64,000 nucleotides of DNA from a virus, in the IMG/VR virus record IMGVR_UViG_3300050821_003907, positions 32,001 through 96,000 of that record; one strand, given 5' to 3'. A program made the position numbers and the translations under genes. Below are positions 16,766-25,800 of the stretch, piece by piece; position 1 is the first letter of the stretch; every line of letters starts with the position of its first letter. The notes under the pieces were generated by a model. That model was not told the origin of the DNA and made no database searches. It was given only the letters and a program-made list of their open reading frames with translations.

Positions 16766-17848
16766 GTGGCACCGCGTATTCTGCTGGTTCATCCTGGACC
16801 AGATTTTTCAGTAGCGGACGTGTTCAATGGCTGGAAGTACGGCCTGGAACGTCAAGGAGCAGTTGTAGCGACCTACAACACTAACGACCGCCTGTCGTTC
16901 TACTCTCAGGCTCAGCTACGTGACTGGGACCACAAGATTAAGTGCCAGGCTTGCGACCAGTACCGGTACAAGACAGCGCTAGACGGCGAGCAGGCAATGC
17001 TGCTCACAATGCAGGGCCTTTCCCACGCAGTATGGACTTTCATGCCTGACGTGATGGTGTTCATATCAGCTTTCTACACAACCGCAGGAATGTTTGAGCT
17101 GATGCGCTTGCGAGGGCGCAAGGTAGTTCTCATCCACACAGAATCGCCTTACCAGGATGGTGAGCAGTACCTTCGGGGCCAGTTCGCTGACCTTAACCTC
17201 ATCAACGACCCCATGAACCTGGACGAATGGGGGACGCTGGAAGCCCCGGCTCACTACATCCCTCACGCATACCACCCTCTTATGCACTACCCGCAGCCCG
17301 CAGGCGAGGTACATGAAGACCCATCCGATTTCGCTTTCGTGGGAACGGCGTTCCCGTCAAGGATTAAGTTCCTGGAGCGAATGGACTTCACAGACGTGGA
17401 AGTCGCGCTAGGCGGAAGCGCCTGGGACACACTGGAGCCTGAGTCACCCTTGAGGAAATACCTGAGCCACGACCCTTCGCACTGCGTTGAGAATGCGGAA
17501 ACAGCTCGTGTCTACCGGGGTTCCCGGGCAGGAATTAACCTTTACCGCCGTGAAGGTGAGCAGCACAACGATTATGAGGGCTGGGCAATGGGTCCCAGGG
17601 AAGTCGAGATGGCTGCCTGCGGACTTCCGTTCTTGCGTGACCCTCGGGCTGAGAGCGACAAGCTCTTCCCGTTCCTGCCTACCTTCACGACCCCTGAAGA
17701 CGCCACGGAAAAGCTTCGCTGGCTGCTGGCTGACGAAGACAGGCGAGTAGGACTCGGTAACCAGGCCCGTGAAGCTATCGCTGACCGCAATTTTGACGTC
17801 CACGGGCAGTGGCTCATGCAGGAGATGGATGACTTGGGTTTCTTTTAA
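16766..17848 (+). CDS. Glycosyltransferase, CgeB/GT1_2-like
   Basis: DFAFVGT.FPSRIKFLE, GINLYR, GPREVEMAACG.PFLRD, KLRWLL.DED.R. Confidence 0.8.
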   Translation: MAPRILLVHPGPDFSVADVFNGWKYGLERQGAVVATYNTNDRLSFYSQAQLRDWDHKIKCQACDQYRYKTALDGEQAMLLTMQGLSHAVWTFMPDVMVFISAFYTTAGMFELMRLRGRKVVLIHTESPYQDGEQYLRGQFADLNLINDPMNLDEWGTLEAPAHYIPHAYHPLMHYPQPAGEVHEDPSDFAFVGTAFPSRIKFLERMDFTDVEVALGGSAWDTLEPESPLRKYLSHDPSHCVENAETARVYRGSRAGINLYRREGEQHNDYEGWAMGPREVEMAACGLPFLRDPRAESDKLFPFLPTFTTPEDATEKLRWLLADEDRRVGLGNQAREAIADRNFDVHGQWLMQEMDDLGFF

Positions 17849-18009
17849 TGCACAAAGAATGGCTTGAGTGCGTGCATTGCGGCAGCTACTGGCGAGGAAT
17901 CCCCGACGAAGTGAACCTTTGCTCAAAGGCGTGCGCTGAAGCCTGCCTAGAAGACACGCTGAAGATTGCTCAAGATAAAGAAAGTCAAGCTAAGCCGGGT
18001 CGCTTGTAG
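17848..18009 (+). CDS. Small Zn-finger protein (53 aa, not in ORF track)
   Basis: TAATG coupling; CVHC...CSKAC. Confidence 0.5.
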   Translation: MHKEWLECVHCGSYWRGIPDEVNLCSKACAEACLEDTLKIAQDKESQAKPGRL

Positions 18010-18122
18010 AATTAGGGTAGCGCTACGAGAGTTTTTCCCTTACCCTTAAATCTGAGGGAGCCGTGTCCGCCGGATGCTCACGAGGCCCATCTGAACGTAC
18101 CTAGTTACGAGAGGGTGACCCC

Positions 18123-18557
18123 GTGTCGCGTATTCACGGCCGAAATGGGATTGTGTACCTCGGTGTAAACCCCGCCGACAGTGCATCCCCCATGGCATTT
18201 GTGTCCGACTGGACAATTAACTTCACTGTTGCCAAGGTCGATGTGACGGCACTTGGCGACTCCAACCTCATTTGGGTGTCTGGTCTTCCGGACGCTTCCG
18301 GTGACTTCAGCGGCTTCTACGACACCGCAACCGCGCAGACTTACATTGCTGCGAAGGACGGCCAGCCGCGTAACTTCTACCTGTACCCGAGCACCATCGG
18401 TGTTCAGGCCGCTAACCCCGGTCAGTACTTCTTCGGCACCATCCTGCCTGACTTCGCCGTAACTGGCGGCGTGGCAGCAGCTGTGACCATGAAGTCCACC
18501 TGGAATGCTGCATCTATCGTGCAGCGTTACCCTGTATCTGGAATATCGGGAACCTAA
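18123..18557 (+). CDS. Major tail (tube) protein
   Basis: RIHGRNG.VY, DWTIN, VDVTALGD, GLPDASG.FSGFYD, YFFG; followed by a strong terminator. Confidence 0.85.
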   Translation: MSRIHGRNGIVYLGVNPADSASPMAFVSDWTINFTVAKVDVTALGDSNLIWVSGLPDASGDFSGFYDTATAQTYIAAKDGQPRNFYLYPSTIGVQAANPGQYFFGTILPDFAVTGGVAAAVTMKSTWNAASIVQRYPVSGISGT

Positions 18558-18568
18558 TCCTGAGGCAA

Positions 18569-18609
18569 ACAGCCCCAGAGTCGCGCCACACGACTCTGGG
18601 GCTGTATTT
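18569..18609 (+). terminator. Rho-independent terminator
   Basis: ACAGCCCCAGAGTCG-CGCCACA-CGACTCTGGGGCTGT-ATTT, 15-bp perfect stem. Confidence 0.85.
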
Positions 18610-18716
18610 AGTCACCCCTGAATGACTTGCAGAATTATTCTCCGATTGTGACACGAACAGCTTACTACCGACTAAGCTGTGACACGTCCAGTACTTCATG
18701 ATTCGGAGAAATTAAA

Positions 18717-19202
18717 GTGGCTTCTACGGAAGAGAACGAGCTCACTCAGATTCAGCTTGCAACAGCCGAAAAGGCAGCGCGAGCTAAGGGCAAGCCTGCG
18801 GCATTTGCCCGTGACGGTTCCAAGTTCGTTGAGTTTGACGGAGTTGAGTACCGGCTTGCCGACGAGATTGGCATCATCCCCCTTATGCGCTGGGCAGCCG
18901 CTGCTGACCTTAGCACGGACGACTCCGGTGCGATGGGTGCCATGTGGGCCATCCTCCAGGACATGATTGACGCCCCTGAATTCCCGGCCTGGGTAAAGCA
19001 CGCAACCCGCCTTAAGTCGGATGCAGAAGAAGTCCTGGACTTCGTGAATGTCTGCATGGAGGCTATCACCGGAAACCCTACCGAGCGGCCAAGTTCTTCC
19101 TCGGATACCTCGCCGTCAACCTCAGGCGAATCGAAGGAGAACTCCTCCGCAAACACGGTAAAGGCATCTCCTCGTTCACGCCGCGCGAAGTCTGCAACAT
19201 AG
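18717..19202 (+). CDS. Tail assembly chaperone (short form)
   Basis: Between tail tube and tape measure; ITGNPT at the slippery site. Confidence 0.8.
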   Translation: MASTEENELTQIQLATAEKAARAKGKPAAFARDGSKFVEFDGVEYRLADEIGIIPLMRWAAAADLSTDDSGAMGAMWAILQDMIDAPEFPAWVKHATRLKSDAEEVLDFVNVCMEAITGNPTERPSSSSDTSPSTSGESKENSSANTVKASPRSRRAKSAT

Positions 19203-19474
19203 TATTCAGCATTATCCAGGACAACTTCCGTAACGAGTGCGGTCACCTTGTTGAAGGTGACGAGTACATGCTTATGCTTGAAAAGATAGGCATGGAGACC
19301 GACAAGGAAGAAGAAGCCAAGCTGGCACTGGAGCACTGGCAGAAGATTCAGGGTATTGACACGGAAAACGTGGAAATCAGCCCGCAAATGCAGGCTATGA
19401 TGAACAACGCGTGGATGTACTCTGATAGAGACGAAGAAATCCCCGGAAACTTCATGGGGTCTGGACGCGAGTAA
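18717..19474 (+). CDS. Tail assembly chaperone, -1 frameshift long form
   Basis: A AAC CCT heptamer at 19073-19079; the -1 frame (KPYRAAKFFLGYLAVNLRRIEGELLR...) runs without a stop into ORF 19268-19474. Confidence 0.72.
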
Positions 19475-19479
19475 GGAGA

Positions 19480-19845
19480 ATGTCAATGGCAGATTTCATG
19501 ACGCTAAAGCTGGATGATGTCGCCATTGACATTCTCCTTTCTGAAGCAGACGGGCCTGTAGGGCGTTACATGTACGACCTGAGCCAGAGGATGACAATCA
19601 TCGCCAAGGCTGCCGCGCCTGTGATGAAGGGCCGCAATTACTGGACATCCAGGTCCAATGCGATTCGGCCACCCGGCACCACACGTGCGTCAGTTCACTC
19701 AATCTGGGGATATGACGATGCAGGGCAGCCTTTCGCGGGAGTTAATGCCCTGGCTAATCCTTCCATATTCCTGGAAAGGCCAGCGGTTCAAATGCACAGG
19801 AGATACCCATTCCTGACCCTGGCATTGGACCCTGTGATACTGTAA
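19480..19845 (+). CDS. HK97 gp10-like neck/tail completion protein
   Basis: AKAAAPV...PGTTRASVH pattern; 121 aa. Confidence 0.5.
   Translation: MSMADFMTLKLDDVAIDILLSEADGPVGRYMYDLSQRMTIIAKAAAPVMKGRNYWTSRSNAIRPPGTTRASVHSIWGYDDAGQPFAGVNALANPSIFLERPAVQMHRRYPFLTLALDPVIL
19832..19843 (+). promoter_or_regulatory. Extended -10 promoter for tape measure gene
   Basis: CTGTG-A-TACTGT, same pattern as the sites at 10723 (+) and 11905 (-). Confidence 0.4.
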
Positions 19846-19877
19846 ATAGACGTTAAATTCCTGCCCGGAGGTGAATA

Positions 19878-22800
19878 GTGACCCGGATACTCGGTGAAGC
19901 CGGTGTTGCTGTTGTCCCGATTACAGACGCTTTCCGGTCTCAGCTTGACGCGAAGGTTCGCGCGCAGATGGCAGGATTGCGTCCTGAACTTAACATCGGT
20001 GCTAACACTAAGCAAGTAGACGCAGCCGTAGCCAAGATTATGGCTACCGTAAAGGCCGCGAATCCGGCAATGCGCCTCCAGTTTGTTACAACTGAAGCTG
20101 TGGCAGAACTGGCACGCTTTGAAGCTGCTGTAAGGGCGCTAGGCCGTCCTACGGTTAAGTTCAACATGGACATGTCACAGGCTGACCGTCAGGTCGCCGT
20201 GATGCAGGGTTACCTGGACAAGCTCAAGGAAGCCATCATGCGTGGCGCTGAGCTTAACATTGACGATGTCAATGCCCTCAAGAAGCTCGGGACTGTGGGC
20301 GCATTCGTTGCCCGTCTTGACAAGCAGCTCAAGAGCCTTAAGGCTGACGCTGACGTGGCTCCGCTGATGGCTGAACTAGCCAAGGCTCGCGGCATGTTTG
20401 AGGACCTTTCCAAGGATTTGCGTAACCTGCACATAGGTGCAGATGCCACGCAACTTCAGGCTCAGATTGCCAAGGGTATCGCTGAAGCTAACATCCTTAA
20501 GGATGACCTTAAGGACATGGCGATGGACGTGGACGACTCATCGATGATGCGTAAATTCGCGGCCTCCATGACTGAAGTCGGCACGTTGCAAAGGCAGCTT
20601 AAGAACATGCCGATGGACGGGGATGTCACTCCGTTCTTGCTTAAGCTAGCGGCAGCGCGCAAGGAAGCTGACGCTGTCATGGAAACCATGACTCGTCCTG
20701 TGGTCATGAAGCTTGACATGAACCCGCTGTTGCAGGGACTAACTCGCGAGGAAGCGCTTGTTAATGCCCTTCAGCAAAAGCTCAGGCTGCGTACAGACAT
20801 TAACGACCAGGACGTGGAAGACTTCCTGGTTAAGACAGTTTCCCAAACTGAGGCTATGCGTCAGCTATTGCTGAACCTGCGAGCTAATGTCAGCGACTCT
20901 GAAGCCAAGGTCGCCCTGGATGACCTGATGGCGCGTGTTCTCGCTATTCAGGAGCGCATGTCCAACCTGTCTCCGCACGCCAGCCTTAGTAATTTGCTGA
21001 ATGACTTCGCTACTCTTGAGAATGTCGTAGGCAAGGCATCCCATGAATTTGGCACCATGGATGAGGGCACTAAGAGCGTCTTCAGGGACATGACTGGCCT
21101 GTCAGGTGCAGTAGGCCGTTTTGGAGACCGCGTAGTAGGCGCTGGCCGAGACGGTACTAACAGCATTAACATGATGACGGGTGCCGTAGGTGGCTTCCTT
21201 AAGGGCATGGGCCACGTCACCTTGTTCGGCGGGATGTTCAATAACCTGAATAAGTACCTGCTTAGCTTTGTAAGTGGCTGGCATCTGCTAGCTGACGCTA
21301 TTTTTGAAGTGATAGCTGTATGGGTGCCAGCAACTATTGCATTCGCAGCATGGGGTGCGGCAGCCGCTCCTGACGTTAAGAACGTAGTTACTCAGTTCCA
21401 GAACATGGGAACGGCTGTCGCCGCAACAGGCCAGAAGCTAAATAACTTCCAAGGGGCAACCAAGCTGTTTGGTGACTCTATGCAGATGGCTGTCCGCCCT
21501 GCTGTGTGGAACCTTGTCGGTGACGCTATTCAAGTAGTGAATGCTCGTTCTGGTGCATTCGTTGGCTTCCTGAAGCAGATGAACCCGCTAGTAGAGAGCC
21601 TTGGCGCTCGCGCTACTGTTGCACTTAAGAACGGGTTCGGAAACTTCTTGTCCAATGGCGCGAAGATGTTCTACCAGCTGGGAACAGCCATCGGGAACTT
21701 CTTGGGAATCCTGGGTAACCTAGGCAAGGTAGTTCCTCACTACGCTGAAATTCTTCTCGGCTTGGGAACAGCGTTCCTTAAGGTTGTTGAAGACATTACG
21801 GCATCTCCGTTGTTCCAGTCAATTATTGGCTTCGGCCTGAAGATGCACGGTGCTGCGGTTTACATTGGCGTCTTCATCACACTGCTAGCTACCCTGGGCC
21901 GAAGCCTGCTGGGTGGTTTCTTGCAAGGATTTGCCTCAGCTCGCAATAAGATGCAGGACTTCGCGGATTCTGAACGTGCGGCAGCGGAAGCTACTAATAA
22001 CCTGGCAGAGGCTACTAACACGGCGGGCGCAAAGCTAAAGAATGGCGCAGAGGACGCTACCAACTTGTCCGCAAGCATGAGTAACCTAGGACAACACACT
22101 CAGGAAGGTGAAGCTGCCCTTAAGGATGCAGGAGCTGCATCGGAGGATACTCGTGGCAAGTTCCAGAAGCTAGGTTCAGGGCTAGGCGGCCTCGTTGGCA
22201 ACATAAGCAACCTGGGAACCAAGAGCGTAGGCACCTGGAATTCCATGGACAAGGGCGCGTCTACCTTGTCCAGGATGGGCGGCTTCGCCAAGAAAGCAGG
22301 AGTCGGCGCGCTCGGCATGATTTCGTCCTTTACAGGACTAGGCCCGGTTGGCTTGGCGATAGGTGGCGTGGCAGCGGCAATCGGCATCGGACTGTACTTC
22401 GCCTTGAAGAAGTCTACTGACGCTACTCAAAGTTTCGTTAACGCTCAACTTAGCATGGCGGATAACGCCACCATCGGAACTTTCACGCAAGACATGACGC
22501 GTGGAATCAGCCTAATGCAGTTGAAGCTTGTTGCCACCAGTAACCAGATGGTTACCATGGCGCGGTCTTCCAACGTAATGGGTACCGTAGGCAAGCAGGA
22601 CGTGGATGTCTGGTCCGGAGCTTGGGGCAACGCTAAGTGGAAGCTAATAGCAGCTCAGGCCATTCTTACTGAATTCGTCCAGAAGACGAAGGATAACCCC
22701 AATCCCTTTGCGGCATGGAAGACCAGTGCTCCTCAGGCTCAAGCTCAGGCGCTTCTCAGTTCTTACGGTGAGCTGTCAAACGGAATCGCTGCTGCAAAAG

Positions 22801-25800
22801 AGCAGATGAATCAGTTTAACACTCACGTGGGTCAAGCACAGATGGCCATTAAGGGCATGACCGGGGAAAACCTGAATAGTGCTCAGGTAATGGGTGTTGC
22901 CACTAACGCAGGTATCAGCCTGAACTCCATGATTCATGACCAGGGCGGTGCATGGCAGCAGGACCTAGTACAGATTCTCGGTACCGTTCAGGGCTTCCAG
23001 GCAATGGGACCGGCAATTGGCGGAGCCAACACTGCCCTTAATGCTCTTAACATCACGACTTCCTCAACGTACCAGGAAATCCAGAAGGTAACCCAGGCTT
23101 ACCAGCAGTTCATCCAGATTGTAACCGGTTCAGAATCCGCGTATGCCACCTTTGCACAAGGCATGAACTCCCTGGCTACGGCAGTCGGCGCACCTAGTGC
23201 GGCTGCGGGTGGCGGCGCGGGCGGTGCAGGCGGCGGGGCTGCTGGAGGCGGAACTCTTACCTTCGCTAACGGCAAGATTAACTCCAGCGCTCCCGTAACT
23301 GGCAGCAGTGGTGTTATCGGTGGTGTGTCCTCTGGAGGCGTAGCTGCGCTGTCTGCGTACATTCAGCAGATTCAGCAGGCAGAAACCCTTCTTAACTCGC
23401 TCCAGACCCAGGCAGCCGTTTCGGGCAACAGCCCGCTAGCTAACACGGCGACAACCAAGGCAGGAAAGGACCTGGTAGCCCTCCTAGGCTCCGTTCCGGG
23501 CGTAGCCAATAATCCGGCTGCTGTACCGTCTCTGTCCGCTCTCGCGCAGACTGCGGGCTTTACAGGCAACACTGCGAGCTACCAGGACATCGTCAAGTGG
23601 GCGGGCAGCGCAAGCAATGCGCAAAGTGACCTGACTAAGCAGACTAACGCTCTCACGGCAGCTACTTCAGACCTGAACCGTGACGCTGCCGCGCTGAACA
23701 GCACAATGACTACGCAGATGCAGCAGTCTATGGCTTCTGCAATCCTAGGTGCCGAGGGCGCAACCCAGAAGTTCCAGCAGGCTGCACGGGCCGTAATAGC
23801 GTGGCAGAATGCAGGGTCTAACCTTAGCGGTTCTAACTATACTAAGCTGCTGAACAGCCTGCGACCGATGGCAGAGACGCTGCTGCGCACTACGCACAGT
23901 AGTAGCCTGGCTAAGCAGCAGCTTGAAGGCTTCCTGGAGCAGATGGGCATTGCACCGGGAGTAGCCGCCAAGATGGCTAATGCATTGCTGCGCAGCAATG
24001 CTGCTGCTAGTGCTAACGCCGCTGCTAACCGCAGTGTTTCCCTGTCCCTGGCTCAGGTGGCTAAGGCAACGCAAGCTACTATAACTAACGTCACGACTTC
24101 TCGTGCTGCCTGGGTTCACTTCGGTGAGTCCCTGGGAATGAGCGCTCAACAAGCTAACAAGCTGTGGGGCAAGCTAAAGGAGAATGGCCTTCAGAACCTG
24201 CTTCACCAGACCGCTGGCACGGAAACGGCATTTCAGAAGCTGGCACGTCAGTTCGGTATTAGCAAGACTCAGGCTGACGCATTGTGGAACAAGTTCCACG
24301 ATGGTTCCATGGACATGCTGAAGAACAAGGCTAACAGCACCTTCAGTGCGTTCATGAAGCTGGCGCATCAGTTCGGTGTTACGGCTGAAAGTGCCTCCAT
24401 GCTGTGGCAGCGCGCTCACCAGCAGCAGTTCGACATGCTGTCTGGCAAGTCCCGCATAACTGTACAACAGCTTCAGGGACTGGCACACGAGTTTGGCCTT
24501 AGCGGAACTCAGGCACAGACGCTGTGGGCCGTAATGCACAAGCAGTACCTTGATGCACTGGCAGGCAAGGCAGGCATTACTCACAACCAGTTCTCACGCC
24601 TGGCAACTATGCTGGACCTGAACAAGACTGAGGCTAACGCCCTGTGGGCAATGATGCGCCGTCAGTACCTTGACACTCTGACCAGCAAGGCGAATGTCAG
24701 CTACAGTGCATTCCTGCGCCTGGCTAAGGGCTTCGGCATCACTAATACCGCCGCTGCGCAAATGTGGGCGCAGGCACGCCAGCAGCAGTTCGACATGCTG
24801 TCTAACAAGTCGCGGATAACTAATAGCCAGCTTCAGAAACTGGCGCACCAGTTTGGCGTTAGCACTACCTCCGCTAGCCAGCTGTGGTCGATGATGCGCC
24901 AGCAGTACCTGGACGCGCTGACGAGCAAGACAGGCGTAAGCAAGAGCGCATTCGATGCCTGGGCACGTTCCGCGCACATCAGCACTGGTGAAGCTAACAC
25001 CCTGTGGAACATGCTGCACCAGCAGTACTTTGATGAGCTTACTGCAAAGGCTTCACGTAACAGGAGCCAGTTTGACGCTCTTAGCGAAGCATGGCACGTT
25101 AGCGCGGTAAAGGCTGACGCCCTGTGGCGCGTTCTTCAGCAGCAGTACCTTGACCAGATTACGCACAAGGCTACGATGTCTCACCAGGCATTCGACACCT
25201 TGGCCAAGAAGCTGGGTTACAGCAGCACCGAAGCTGACGCCATGTGGAACTCCCTTAAGAGGATGTCCGGAAACTACGGCGTGCACGTTCACACCAACGT
25301 AGATGGTGGCGGTAAGGTTGGCGCTGAGGTTACCGTTAGCGCGGCTATCGCTAACACCATGAAGGCTGCGGGTAACCTGGGCAGCACTGTGCTTAAGTCC
25401 CTTGGACTGGCGCAAGGTGGCTTGGTACCTTCTCACTTTGCAGGCGGCGGCAGTGTCCCCGGCTGGGGAAACCACGACTCCGTGCCTGCAATGCTCATGC
25501 CTGGTGAGCTTGTCATCCCGAAGAACCACGCAGCCGAATTCGCCTCCCAGGCTAAGCGCAAGGGAATCCCCGGTTTTGCCGGGGGTGGTATCGTCGGCGC
25601 TACTACTAGCCCGCTGGCAGGCGTCGGTGGCCTGGTTAACACGCAGACTAGCGGTAACGTGGCAGAAATGCCCGCCGAAGGTAACCAGCTGGCTACTATT
25701 CCCGCTAAGCTCATAGGTGAAGTGGGCAAGCTGGGACCGATGGTTACCCAGGAGCTTGTTGCCAGCATTCAGGCAGTACAGTCTGCCATCATGAATTCAG

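Noticed and set aside
18752-19486. Long antisense ORFs (also 4693-5436, 60549-61343 and many inside the tape measure)
   Set aside because: Shadow frames of well-supported genes, with no motifs or start signals
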